NCBI GenBank assembly: GCA_963749915.1
Contig: CAVVOP010000022.1
Span: forward strand, 160,001 to 224,000
Reading direction: 5' to 3'
Origin: an uncultured cyanobacterium
Lineage (GTDB): Bacteria > Cyanobacteriota > Cyanobacteriia > Cyanobacteriales > Cyanobacteriaceae
DNA length: 64,000 bases
The translations under genes were made by a program, and so were the position numbers. Every line of letters starts with the position of its first letter. Within the stretch, counting starts at the first letter, position 1. A model generated the notes under the pieces. It worked only from the letters and a program-made list of their open reading frames with translations, was not told the DNA's origin and ran no database searches. Shown piece by piece: positions 37,907 through 48,288 of this stretch.

Positions 37907-39118
37907 ATGAAAAAAATCTGTTTAGGTTTCGCAATTATTCTATTTATTTTATGTTCAAATTTAATTTACACTCCCAACGCTTACGCCTATAGTGAAGAAG
38001 AAAAAGTTTTATTACAATCTTGGCGTTTAGTCAACGAGGCTTATGTGGATAATTCTTTTAATAATCAAAATTGGTGGCAAATTCGGCAAAAATTCCTCAA
38101 AAAACCTTTACATAATCGGGAAGAAACTTATACTACCATTAAGGAAATGTTAGTACTTCTCGATGATCCTTATACTCGTTTATTACCCCCAGAAAACTAT
38201 CATAATCTACAAATTACCACTTCTGGCGAATTATCAGGCATTGGCTTACAAATTAGTATCAATGGTGAAAATAATCAATTAGAAGTTGTAACACCTTTAC
38301 CCAGTTCTCCGGCGGAATTAGCGGGGATTCAACCACGAGATCAGATTGTCACCATTGATGGTATTGATACGAACGCCTTGACCTTAGATGAAGCGGCTAA
38401 TAAAATTAGAGGAGAAATTGGCACAAAAGTAACCCTTGAAGTTAAACCCAGAAATGAATCGAAGATCAAAACCTATACCTTAAAACGTGATCGTCTTTCT
38501 TTAAGTGCCGTCAATTCTCGTTTAGATAAAACTAACCCCGATTACCCCATCGGTTACTTAGGCCTAACCCAGTTTAGCGCCAATGCCACCAAAGATTTAG
38601 CCCATGCTTTAGGAAAATTAGAACAAGAAGGGGCAAAAGGCTATATTTTAGACTTAAGAAATAATCCGGGGGGTTTGTTACAAGCAGGAATAGAAATCGC
38701 CCGTTTATGGTTACAACCGAGTACCATCGTTTATACTGTCAACCGTCAAGGAATTTTAGGCAGTTATGATGCGGATGGAGACGCTTTAACCGATAAACCT
38801 TTAGTAATATTAGTAAATCAAGGTTCAGCCAGTGCCAGTGAAATTCTTGCAGGGGCATTAAAAGATAACCATAGAGGAGTTTTAATCGGCGAAAAAACCT
38901 TCGGCAAAGGCTTGATTCAGTCTTTATTTGAATTACCCGATGGTGCAGGAATTGCTATTACTGTCGCTAAATATGAGACTCCTAGCCATAAGGATATTAA
39001 TAAACTAGGTATCACACCCGATTATATTGTAACCCAAGATCCCATCAGTTACTTTGAAATTGGCACAGAAAAAGATCTTCAATATCAAACTGCTGTTAGT
39101 TATTTAGCTCAAAAGTAA
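37907..39118 (+). CDS. ctpA: C-terminal processing protease (S41); likely start 37907
   Basis: PDZ domain, LDLRNNPGG, SASASEI, FGKG. Confidence 0.85.
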   Translation: MKKICLGFAIILFILCSNLIYTPNAYAYSEEEKVLLQSWRLVNEAYVDNSFNNQNWWQIRQKFLKKPLHNREETYTTIKEMLVLLDDPYTRLLPPENYHNLQITTSGELSGIGLQISINGENNQLEVVTPLPSSPAELAGIQPRDQIVTIDGIDTNALTLDEAANKIRGEIGTKVTLEVKPRNESKIKTYTLKRDRLSLSAVNSRLDKTNPDYPIGYLGLTQFSANATKDLAHALGKLEQEGAKGYILDLRNNPGGLLQAGIEIARLWLQPSTIVYTVNRQGILGSYDADGDALTDKPLVILVNQGSASASEILAGALKDNHRGVLIGEKTFGKGLIQSLFELPDGAGIAITVAKYETPSHKDINKLGITPDYIVTQDPISYFEIGTEKDLQYQTAVSYLAQK

Positions 39119-39282
39119 AACTTCCCTTAAATTTTTAGCAAATATAATATGAAAACAAAAATATATTTATGCTTTCATATTGCATCTGAAGTTTATCCAT
39201 AAAAAAATCTCCCAAGAATTACTTAATTGTAAGGGAGAAAAATAAGGTTATTTTCAAAAGCTAATAGCTGAGAATTCTTTTA

Positions 39283-40107
39283 TTAATTAGTTTTTAAAAC
39301 GGGAGCTAATTTTATATTTTTCGCCAAACCTAAAAACTCTAAAATTTTGATGGTAAACCAAGTTAAATCAATTTCCCACCATTGTAAACCATGACGGGCA
39401 GAATATTGAAAAGCATGATGATTATTATGCCAACCTTCCCCGAAAGTTAGTACGGCAACCCACCAACAATTGCGAGATTGATCATTCGATTCATGACTTT
39501 TATAGCCAAATTTATGGGTTGCACTGTTAACAAACCAAGTTACATGAAATACTAATACTAAACGGAGGAAAATACCCCATATTACTAATGGCCATCCGCC
39601 CCACCAAAACAGTAATAAGCCTAATACAACTTGAATGGGGATAAAGTATTTTTCACAAAATAAATAAAACGGATCATTTTGGATATCTTTTGTATATTTA
39701 GGTACATCCTTATTAGCTGGATTTTTAATCAACATCCAACCCATGTGACTCCACCAAAAACCTTTATTAGAATCATGGGGATCACCTTGATGATCAGAGT
39801 ATTTATGATGAATACGGTGTAACCCTATCCACGAAATAGGACCACCTTCACAGGCTAAAGTACCACAGAAAATGAGAAGGTACTCTAACCATTTTGGGGT
39901 TTCAAAGCTACGGTGACACACAAGTCGATGATAACCTAACGTAATTCCCACACAAGCAGTAAGCCAATAAAGCAGTAGGGTTACCCCTACCGCACGCCAA
40001 CTAAAATTACTGGGCAAAAACGCTAATAAGGCCACTAAATGAATAGTAGACATGTAAATAATAATATGCCATGCGGGAGCAAGTTTTTCGGAAGTTGAAA
40101 CTGTCAT
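39283..40107 (-). CDS. desC: Delta-9 acyl-lipid desaturase
   Basis: His boxes HRLVCH, HRIHH, HNNHH. Confidence 0.9.
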   Translation of the reverse strand: MTVSTSEKLAPAWHIIIYMSTIHLVALLAFLPSNFSWRAVGVTLLLYWLTACVGITLGYHRLVCHRSFETPKWLEYLLIFCGTLACEGGPISWIGLHRIHHKYSDHQGDPHDSNKGFWWSHMGWMLIKNPANKDVPKYTKDIQNDPFYLFCEKYFIPIQVVLGLLLFWWGGWPLVIWGIFLRLVLVFHVTWFVNSATHKFGYKSHESNDQSRNCWWVAVLTFGEGWHNNHHAFQYSARHGLQWWEIDLTWFTIKILEFLGLAKNIKLAPVLKTN

Positions 40108-40438
40108 TTTTATGAGTGAATTCTAGTATATTCGAATTTTATTATTTTCTATTGTTAAACAAGCCGAAACTTACTTATTTTTTAAGATTCTAAGTTATGG
40201 TAGAAACTGGGAAACATATACAAAGTCGGTGTTAATATTGATCATGTTAAGACCAAGTCAAATGGTTTATAACCAGACCCTTAAATCACGACCCTATAGA
40301 TTATAAACTATAAATCGAGATTAAGATATGATACTTTGCCTTTAAAATTTAAAACAGCCGTTCAATTTATATTAACTAAATTTAAGATACTTGAAGTTAT
40401 CAAATTATTGATCAAAATTTAATTGAGAGAACCTAAAA

Positions 40439-41746
40439 ATGAACAAGAATAATCTCGCCGCTTTTTTAGAAGAAATTAAAAAAAAACTTAGTAATATTAA
40501 TGCTGATTCCTTAGAAATCCTTGAATGGGATCGAGTTTCTGATGGCAAAAACAGGATTAATCAAGTAGCCATGAGTAAATATCCCCCCTCTTATTTAGTT
40601 ATTCCCAATTCCAAAGTTATCCTATCACAGTTTTTAAATGTTTGTTGTGAACATGAGTGGGTAATTTTACCCATTGGCAATGGCACGAAAATTCATTGGG
40701 GAAAACTGCCTGATAATTACGATGTTATGGTTAGTACCAGTAAAATCAATCATATTATTGAACATGCGGCAGAGGATTTAACGGTAACGGTGGAAGCAGG
40801 AATGAAAATAAAAGATTTACAGCAATTTTTGGCCTTAAAAGGCCAATTTTTACCCATTGATCCCTGTTATCCTGAATCTGCTACCATTGGGGGGATTGTG
40901 GCAACGGCGAATACAGGTAGTTGGCGACAACGTTACGGGGGGGTGAGGGATTTATTGTTAGGCATCTCTTTCTTCCGAGGAGACGGTAAGGAAGCCAAAG
41001 CTGGAGGAAGAGTCGTTAAAAATGTAGCTGGTTATGATTTGATGAAGTTGTTTACGGGATCTTACGGTAATTTAGGGATTATTACCGATGTTACTTTTCG
41101 TTTATTTCCGCTACCGGAAAATTCTCTAACTTTGGTTGTAATAGGAGATCAAGAATCTATTTATCAGTTACAAAAAACTGTTTCCGCCTCGGGTTTAACA
41201 CCGACGGCGGCGGATTTATTGTCAGAGTCTTTAGTGAAAACCCTTGATTTAGTCTCAGGATTAGGCTTATTATTCCGTTTTCAGGGCATAACTGAAAGTG
41301 TTAAAGAACAGTCTTCCCAAATACAAGCATGGGGTAAACAGCTAAATTTGTCTATTCGAACCTATGAAAATCAAGCAGAATTCCAGCTATGGAAAGATTT
41401 ATCTGAAAAAACTTATGTGATCGATTCGGAAGATACAGTTACTTGTAAGGTAGGTATTTTGCCTAGTGAAGGAGTTAATTTTATGTCCTCTTTCGATGGA
41501 TATGGTTTAATAAATATTAGTAGTGGTATTGGAAAATTATCTTTTAACCCAGGGTCTAAAAGTCATCAAGTTATGAAATTACGCCAATTCTGTGAGAAAA
41601 GGGGCGGTTTTTTGTCAATTTTAACGGGTTATACTTTTCTCAAAGGAAAAATTGAACCTTGGGGTTACATTGGTAATGGATTAGAAATGATGCGTACTAT
41701 TAAACAAAATTTTGATCCGAAAGGGGTTTTTGTTGATCGTCTTTAA
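40439..41746 (+). CDS. glcE: FAD-binding oxidoreductase, glycolate oxidase GlcE-like
   Basis: ATIGG, GGRVVKNVAGYDL, FDPKG. Confidence 0.75.
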   Translation: MNKNNLAAFLEEIKKKLSNINADSLEILEWDRVSDGKNRINQVAMSKYPPSYLVIPNSKVILSQFLNVCCEHEWVILPIGNGTKIHWGKLPDNYDVMVSTSKINHIIEHAAEDLTVTVEAGMKIKDLQQFLALKGQFLPIDPCYPESATIGGIVATANTGSWRQRYGGVRDLLLGISFFRGDGKEAKAGGRVVKNVAGYDLMKLFTGSYGNLGIITDVTFRLFPLPENSLTLVVIGDQESIYQLQKTVSASGLTPTAADLLSESLVKTLDLVSGLGLLFRFQGITESVKEQSSQIQAWGKQLNLSIRTYENQAEFQLWKDLSEKTYVIDSEDTVTCKVGILPSEGVNFMSSFDGYGLINISSGIGKLSFNPGSKSHQVMKLRQFCEKRGGFLSILTGYTFLKGKIEPWGYIGNGLEMMRTIKQNFDPKGVFVDRL

Positions 41747-41790
41747 CCGTAGAGTGAGTAAAAAGAGGTGCAAGGTAGGATAGAGATTAA

Positions 41791-41816
41791 GAGAATAGAA
41801 TAGAATAGAATAGAAT
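41791..41816. repeat. (AGAAT)5 microsatellite
   Basis: Read directly. Confidence 0.8.
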
Positions 41817-41865
41817 ATAAATATATTATATTTTGTTAATCCTGATTTAATTATTACTCATTATT

Positions 41866-42375
41866 ATGTTATCTATCATCTCAATTTTTAGCATCTTTAT
41901 TGTTTCTTTTTCGGTATTAATTTCTCCCATTCATCTTGTTACATCTCAAAATTTACCATTGTTAGGTGCTATTTTTCATTTTGAAGGAAATATGCCTACT
42001 AATTTAGGTGTAACCGATGGAAAACTCCCTAATTGTCCTCCTTCTCCCAATTGTGTAGTTAGTCAAAATGGTGATGAGACTCATTACATCAAACCGTTAA
42101 CCTACAAAGGCGATCGCACTGAAGCATATAATAGTTTTGTGAAAATTTTATCCGTAGTACCAGAGACAAAAATTGTGGAACAAAAAGAGGATTATATTCG
42201 TACAGAATCCCGCAGCAAAATCATGGGTTTTGTCGATGATGCTGAATTTTATTTTCCCTCAGATGAGAACATAATACATTGGAGGTCGGCTTCTCGTTTA
42301 GGGGAATCAGATTTGGGAGTAAATCGTCGTCGTTTAGAGCAAATTCGCCTTGCCTTTGAAGACTTTAATAGTTAA
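41866..42375 (+). CDS. DUF1499 family protein
   Basis: CPPSPNCV, FVDDAEF, RSASRLGESDLGVNR. Confidence 0.85.
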   Translation: MLSIISIFSIFIVSFSVLISPIHLVTSQNLPLLGAIFHFEGNMPTNLGVTDGKLPNCPPSPNCVVSQNGDETHYIKPLTYKGDRTEAYNSFVKILSVVPETKIVEQKEDYIRTESRSKIMGFVDDAEFYFPSDENIIHWRSASRLGESDLGVNRRRLEQIRLAFEDFNS

Positions 42376-42414
42376 AAAAAGAATGCTATTTTCCCAATTA
42401 AGAAGATGAAAGAA

Positions 42415-43674
42415 TTAGTTTTTTACTATATTTTCACTTACTCCAGAAATAGCGGCTAAAATCACCCATCCTAAAAGATTTAACTTTAAATCAAAAATGC
42501 TTATATCAAATAAATTAAAGATAATAAAACCGCTAAAAACTACTAAATAACTAAATAAAATAATTGCCTCAGATTTTTGATCTTTGAATGTGTTTAATGC
42601 CAAAACTCCTCCCCATAAAATTCTGCCGATGAGAAACATTATCACACCTAAAGTTATTAATCCTGTTTCGGCACCAAACATCAAAAATAAGTTGTGAGGA
42701 TGTCCTAAATAAATCGAGGTTTTTTCCTCATATAAAATGCTAAAATTTCTTAAACCCCAACCGAAAAAAGGACGATCCGTAATTAAATCCCAACAAAAAC
42801 GCCACTGACTAGTCCTTAAAGTGGGTAAAGGACGATCGGGATACATCTGATCTGATAATCGTTGCCATAAAAAACTAGGGACAATTTTCCGTAACCAATT
42901 TTGTTCCGGTAAATTACCAAAAGAAGCCCAACTTACTATTACCCCGCCAAAGGCTAATAATTGTAAAATAAAGTACCAATTGAGATAAATAGCAAAGGCA
43001 GTAAAACTTAAAAAAGTAATAATCCAACCATTACGAGAACTGGTTAAAACTAGGCCAATAAGGTTAATGATAATAGTAAAAATTAGTAGTAAGTTTATTG
43101 GATTAATATTATTTTTTTTCCATCGATAAATCAATAAGCCTAATGTGAAAATTAACGCAGTAGTTAAATATAAAGTTAAGGGATTGGCATGGGGAAAAAC
43201 TGAGGACATTCGCCCCTCTGGCATTCCATAAGCTGTTAATTTCCATCCTAAAAATTTTGAAAAAATATCCCCAGTTGCCCAACCAAATTTTACTTCCCCA
43301 ATGCCTAACAAAACGACAATAATTGAGTTGAAAATAATTGGTGAAATAACAAAAAATAGTTGATTATAATTATTAATTGAAGTTCTTAAACCTAAAAACA
43401 TCAAGAAAAAAGGCACAAAATGAAATAATCCTAACCATGCCTCCCCAGAATTATAAGCAGAAAGGCAGGATATTATCATCAAACAAGTTAAGCCGAAAAG
43501 ACTATAACTAAGATGATGACAAATAATCCTTTTATAGTTATTTTGCCATGATTTATAACTGATAAACAATAAAATAAGAATACTTAAAAAAGTTTGAAAA
43601 GGTAAAATTAAAAGACTTAAAAATAATAGTTTTAAATTAATATATTCGGGATTATTATAAGTTTTAAACACCAT
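42415..43674 (-). CDS. O-antigen ligase/Wzy_C family membrane protein
   Basis: Many TM segments; TSSRNGW, RPFFGWG, HPHN. Confidence 0.8.
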   Translation of the reverse strand: MVFKTYNNPEYINLKLLFLSLLILPFQTFLSILILLFISYKSWQNNYKRIICHHLSYSLFGLTCLMIISCLSAYNSGEAWLGLFHFVPFFLMFLGLRTSINNYNQLFFVISPIIFNSIIVVLLGIGEVKFGWATGDIFSKFLGWKLTAYGMPEGRMSSVFPHANPLTLYLTTALIFTLGLLIYRWKKNNINPINLLLIFTIIINLIGLVLTSSRNGWIITFLSFTAFAIYLNWYFILQLLAFGGVIVSWASFGNLPEQNWLRKIVPSFLWQRLSDQMYPDRPLPTLRTSQWRFCWDLITDRPFFGWGLRNFSILYEEKTSIYLGHPHNLFLMFGAETGLITLGVIMFLIGRILWGGVLALNTFKDQKSEAIILFSYLVVFSGFIIFNLFDISIFDLKLNLLGWVILAAISGVSENIVKN

Positions 43675-43696
43675 TATATTCTTGATTAAAAATTAA

Positions 43697-44311
43697 TTAA
43701 TTAATATGCTTTGCTATATCAAAGTTTAAAAGGATAATCTCAGAAGAAGAAGAAGAATTATTATTTAAGCTGGGATTTTTGTTTTTTTCTAGATATTTTA
43801 CTACTTGATTAAATACAAAAATTCCCATAAGAGAAAGTAAAATAATACTGACTAAACTTTTTATAAAATTATTACTTGTAAAAGGATTTCTTTGCCTTTT
43901 TGATAATATTTTACTAGGAGTTATTTCAGTATTTTTAGAAATAGTTTGTTCAAAAAAAAATTTGGCTTTTTCTTTATTTCTTCTACCAGTGATGATAAAA
44001 TCTAGAGTATTACCTTGTGCATCTAAGGCTCTATATAGGTATTTTCTCCTTCCTCTTAATTTAAAAGGAATTTGTACCACCCTCCAGCCTTTTTTACGCC
44101 TTCTTTCCGTTTCCCGAAACCTTTTCATCGCCCTAGGAGTATATTCTTGTACTAAAGAATTAATAGTACGAGGATCAATTTTAAAACCCCGTTGTTGCAT
44201 GACCATTTTTAATTGAGAGTAGCTTAATCTTTCTGTAACATACCACTGAATACAGAGTAAAATGATCTCTTCTCTAATTTGATCCCAAGAATTATAACTA
44301 ACACTCCTCAT
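43697..44311 (-). CDS. IS6 transposase-derived protein lacking catalytic residues, with a C-terminal TM helix
   Basis: IILLCIQWY, LSY, RGFKID..TI, YLYRALDAQGNTLDF; WRVDE replaced by WRVVQ; hydrophobic SLVSIILLSLMGIFVF. Confidence 0.7.
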   Translation of the reverse strand: MRSVSYNSWDQIREEIILLCIQWYVTERLSYSQLKMVMQQRGFKIDPRTINSLVQEYTPRAMKRFRETERRRKKGWRVVQIPFKLRGRRKYLYRALDAQGNTLDFIITGRRNKEKAKFFFEQTISKNTEITPSKILSKRQRNPFTSNNFIKSLVSIILLSLMGIFVFNQVVKYLEKNKNPSLNNNSSSSSEIILLNFDIAKHIN

Positions 44312-44597
44312 GTTTTATCTACCTCATTAAGCGGCCTTTATTTCTCATTACTTTAAGTTTAATGATACCATCATTTTATACTTAAAGCTCTTATTAAAAT
44401 TAAAATTACTAATTTATTTATTGATCATTAATAATGAATCTCATAATTTTTTCTTTTTCATTATTTAATCTTATCAATACTGATTTAATAATATATTTTA
44501 GTTGATTTTGAGGCCTAATGTTATAATAAAAAACAATAAAATTAATTAAAATATTTTGATTTAATCTTAATTAACTCTGAAAAATTATCAAAAATAT

Positions 44598-45320
44598 ATG
44601 AAAGCGATTAACATTAACAACCTTTATTTTCAATATAATAACTATACATTATTTGAGAAGTTATCTCTAACCATTGAATCTCATAAAAAAGTTGGTTTAA
44701 TTGGTGCCAATGGTTCTGGTAAAACCACTCTTTTTTTATCTATTTGTGGAATTTTAGCTCCGAAAAAGGGAGAAATTAAACTTTTTGATAAAGTAGTAAA
44801 ACCTAATAATTTTTACCCTGAAATTGGCTTAGTTTTTCAAAATCCCGATGATCAACTATTTTGTCCAACAGTTAAAGATGATATTATTTTCGGGGCAGAA
44901 AATTTAGGTTTATCACCTCGAGAAATTGATGTGAGAATGATGCAAGTTTTACAGGCGACAGGTATTGAGCATTTACAAAATCGAGTAACTCATGAGTTAT
45001 CAGGAGGGGAAAAATGTATGGTAGCCATTGCTTCGGTTTTAATTATGAATCCGCAAATTATTCTTTATGATGAACCTAGTGCTAATTTAGATCTGAAAGC
45101 GAGAAGAAGACTGATAAATTTTTTAGAATCTTCTTCTCAAACTATTTTAATTTCTGCCCATGATTTAGAGTTAATTTTAGAGGTTTGTCATCGAGTAATT
45201 GTCTTAAACCAAGGAAAAATTGTGGCAGATGGCAATCCTAAAGATATTATGAGTAATGCTGATTTAATGACTGAAAATAATTTAGAAATACCACCTTCAT
45301 TATCGAATTATCGACTATGA
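44598..45320 (+). CDS. ECF/CbiO-type ABC transporter ATPase
   Basis: GANGSGKT, FQNPDDQ, LSGGE, DEP. Confidence 0.85.
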   Translation: MKAININNLYFQYNNYTLFEKLSLTIESHKKVGLIGANGSGKTTLFLSICGILAPKKGEIKLFDKVVKPNNFYPEIGLVFQNPDDQLFCPTVKDDIIFGAENLGLSPREIDVRMMQVLQATGIEHLQNRVTHELSGGEKCMVAIASVLIMNPQIILYDEPSANLDLKARRRLINFLESSSQTILISAHDLELILEVCHRVIVLNQGKIVADGNPKDIMSNADLMTENNLEIPPSLSNYRL

Positions 45321-45997
45321 TCGCCAAAAATAATAGTACCTAAACGAATCATAGTTGCACCAGCCTCAATGGCTAAAAGATAATCCCTGGACATTCCCAT
45401 GGATAATTGATCAAAATCTGGGGGAAAATAGTTATCTTGACGTAAACTCGAAGCCAAATCTGTTACCCGTTGAAAAGCCGATAAAATCCCCGCTGAAGAT
45501 AAGCCTAACGGTAAAATAGTCATTAAACCCCGAAAATGCAAAAATTCAAGCTGTTGTAAACTTGACAAATCTTTGTACAAATCACCAACACTCCAACCAT
45601 ATTTATTCTCATCACGCAAAATTTTTACCTGTAAACAAACTTGAGGTAACGTGACAATAACTTCATTTTCTAAGGCCTGTTGAGCAAAAAAATCCAACTT
45701 CTGAGCAAGTTTTAGACTATCTACAGAATGAATCCAAGAAAAAGATTCCACCACCTTTTTAGCCTTATTGGTTTGCAAATGCCCGATAAAATGCCAACAA
45801 ATATCTCTAAAATCTCGAAATTCCTCTTGTTTACTAATCGCCTCTTGTAATTTATTTTCCGCAAAATCCCTTATTCCAGCTTTGTAAACTGCCCTCATTA
45901 TTTCTACCGAAACGCTTTTTGTCACCACTATTAAACGCACATGATCAGGAATAGTCTCTTGAATTTTCCGTAAATGGTTGACTATGTAACTACTCAT
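45308..45997 (-). CDS. pipY: PLP-binding YggS/PipY protein
   Basis: VVTK, WHFIGHLQTNK, LSMGMS.DY; overlaps the pipX stop. Confidence 0.9.
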   Translation of the reverse strand: MSSYIVNHLRKIQETIPDHVRLIVVTKSVSVEIMRAVYKAGIRDFAENKLQEAISKQEEFRDFRDICWHFIGHLQTNKAKKVVESFSWIHSVDSLKLAQKLDFFAQQALENEVIVTLPQVCLQVKILRDENKYGWSVGDLYKDLSSLQQLEFLHFRGLMTILPLGLSSAGILSAFQRVTDLASSLRQDNYFPPDFDQLSMGMSRDYLLAIEAGATMIRLGTIIFGDHSR

Positions 45998-46263
45998 TGA
46001 AATGTACGTTGGTAAAGTTCATTAACTTGTTTATAGGCATCCCATTCTCCGTTGCCTCTGAGACCACGCAATTTTCTTTCTACCAATATACGTGCCTGTG
46101 TACGACTCAAAGGCTCAAAAACTATTTCTGTGGATTGAATTATAACTTTAAAAAAAAGACGTTGAGCGTATAGTGTCGTAAATAATTCTTCATTTTTTTC
46201 GATGATACATAAACGATAAAGAAGACCAAAACTGGGATGATTTATATATATTTCTGTACTCAT
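45994..46263 (-). CDS. pipX: PII/NtcA-interacting protein X
   Basis: YINHPSFGLLY, LFTTLYAQRLFF. Confidence 0.95.
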   Translation of the reverse strand: MSTEIYINHPSFGLLYRLCIIEKNEELFTTLYAQRLFFKVIIQSTEIVFEPLSRTQARILVERKLRGLRGNGEWDAYKQVNELYQRTFQ

Positions 46264-46457
46264 TAAACTGGGGAATAATGCTAATGGTTTAGTTTTGGCA
46301 TGTATGGTATTCGATTGTACCGTTTATTCGCCAATAATTCCATATTTTTATGAAAAATTATTTGACTTAGAACCAAGATTAACAGTTGCATTTAGAAAAA
46401 GTAAAGGTTATGATAGTTTTAGACATGAAAAAAGTTTTATAGGAGTCTTCTTTATTA

Positions 46458-46592
46458 ATGGATCAGATAGAGAAAGTGATAGAAAAACTCAGAGAGTGGA
46501 CTCAAAAATTAATTGAGGCTTTACTAGGACCACAATCAGAACCTGAACCCGAATTAATTCCTATTCCAGTGAGGGATCGTGGTCATTATTAA
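46458..46592 (+). CDS. 44-aa small protein (absent from ORF track)
   Basis: MDQIEKVIEKLREWTQKLIEALLGPQSEPEPELIPIPVRDRGHY; SD AGGAG at 46441; TTGCAT-N17-TATGAT at 46386-46414. Confidence 0.7.
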   Translation: MDQIEKVIEKLREWTQKLIEALLGPQSEPEPELIPIPVRDRGHY

Positions 46593-46635
46593 ACCCCTAC
46601 TCATATTTATTTGAATTTGATTTGAATAAAGAGTC

Positions 46636-47097
46636 TTGTCCTTGTCAAAATTTAGCATATTAGTATTAAACGGTCCTAATCTGAATCTTTTGGGTAAAAG
46701 AGAACCGGCTATCTACGGACGTCTGACCCTTGAAGATATTAACACAATGTTGGATCAAGAGGCTATTACCTTAAATGTTGAGATATCTTGCTTGCAGTCT
46801 AATCATGAAGGTGTCTTAGTTGATTACATTCATCAAGCATTGAATAATCATCAGGGTATCCTTGTTAATGCTGGTGCTTATACTCATACAAGTGTAGCCA
46901 TCCGAGATGCCTTGGTAGGGGTGGCTATTCCTTTGGTGGAGGTGCATCTGAGTAATATTTATAAACGAGAAGATTTCCGTCATCATTCCTACATAGCACC
47001 CATCGCCATCGGACAGATTAGCGGTTTTGGGGCAGACAGTTACCGTTTAGGTTTACAAGCATTAGTTAATTATCTGCAATCATCCTCAAAACCTTAG
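46636..47097 (+). CDS. aroQ: Type II 3-dehydroquinate dehydratase
   Basis: [25 protein letters not shown]. Confidence 0.95.
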   Translation: MSLSKFSILVLNGPNLNLLGKREPAIYGRLTLEDINTMLDQEAITLNVEISCLQSNHEGVLVDYIHQALNNHQGILVNAGAYTHTSVAIRDALVGVAIPLVEVHLSNIYKREDFRHHSYIAPIAIGQISGFGADSYRLGLQALVNYLQSSSKP

Positions 47098-47103
47098 GGT
47101 CGG

Positions 47104-47976
47104 TTAATTTCCTATGGTTAGTCGCCCCAACCAAAATAATAATAGGAATAAAAGAGCTAAAAAATCATATATACTTAATTTTAATTGGTGCCATTGTACC
47201 TGATGTTTATTAGGACTTGTAAATCCTCTTACTTCCATGGCGATAGCAATTTGTTCTGCTCTTAATAGAATGTTTTCTAATAATCTTTCGGCAACAATTA
47301 ACCAAATTTTTAAACTTTTTTTGATGCCTAGTTTCTTCCAATTTATGGCTCTGGTAAGAATCGAGCGAATTAAATTTTGGATTTCTTCTAATACTAAAGG
47401 AATGAATCTTAAGGCTAAAGTTAAGGTTAAAACTATCTCTGTAATAGGTAATTTAAACTTTCTTAAAGGTAACAATAATTCTTCAATACCGGCAGTAATT
47501 TGTTCGGGTGCAGTGGTTAATAAATATAAATTACTGCTATAAATTAACGTAAAAAATAGGGTACTAATTCTAATGGCTAAATCGATGGATCGCCTAGTAA
47601 CTTTAAAGTTACCAATTTGATATAAAGTGTATTGATAATCCGTAGGTTGCGTAATGGAAATATCGCTAGTGGGCAATCTCGGTTGGTAGCTGACAGTTAA
47701 ACCATCGGGTGCCAAGGATGCCATGATGAAAATCAGACACGAGAAAAATAATAGCCAACTCATCTGTTTTTTTTGCACTCGCCAGGGAATTAAGGCTAAA
47801 CTGGTAAGAATTATTAAAAATAATACTAAAAAAATACGCCAGTAAGGATTAGCTAATAAAGGAGTAAGAATAAGGCTCATCAGCCATGCCAATTTTACTC
47901 TTGGGTCAAGTTGGTGTAACCATGTTAGGGGTTTCTCTAAGTATAATCCAATGGGAAGCGATCGTAATAAATCCAT
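47104..47976 (-). CDS. ECF transporter T component (Ycf92/CbiQ-like)
   Basis: LDPRVKL, LRFIP, AMEVRG. Confidence 0.85.
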   Translation of the reverse strand: MDLLRSLPIGLYLEKPLTWLHQLDPRVKLAWLMSLILTPLLANPYWRIFLVLFLIILTSLALIPWRVQKKQMSWLLFFSCLIFIMASLAPDGLTVSYQPRLPTSDISITQPTDYQYTLYQIGNFKVTRRSIDLAIRISTLFFTLIYSSNLYLLTTAPEQITAGIEELLLPLRKFKLPITEIVLTLTLALRFIPLVLEEIQNLIRSILTRAINWKKLGIKKSLKIWLIVAERLLENILLRAEQIAIAMEVRGFTSPNKHQVQWHQLKLSIYDFLALLFLLLFWLGRLTIGN

Positions 47977-48288
47977 AATTAATTAATTGACAGTTGATAT
48001 TGGTTCGTTGGTAGGAGTCGAATAAGATTCAACCCTTGGGATAATTGATAGTTATTCACTGTACACTGTTCATTGCCCTATCATACTTTGGGACTTTTTA
48101 GTAATTAAAGCAACACTTTCAAACAGAATTGGCAAAAATAGAAAAGAATAAAAAAGAACGGATTGAGTCAGTGGAATTAGTTTTTTAAGAGGAAAAAATG
48201 TTCCTCTCCCTATTCTATTTAATTTGTCTCACACAAAAAAGCCCTTCCCACCCAGAGAAAGGCTTATTTGAAGTCAATTTTTAAGAGA

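Noticed and set aside
43697..44311. Active IS6 insertion sequence
   Set aside because: First catalytic Asp lost, DDE domain incomplete, no inverted repeats or target duplication seen
46295..46516. 73-aa plus-strand ORF
   Set aside because: TTG start with no SD; overlaps the better-supported 44-aa ORF in another frame
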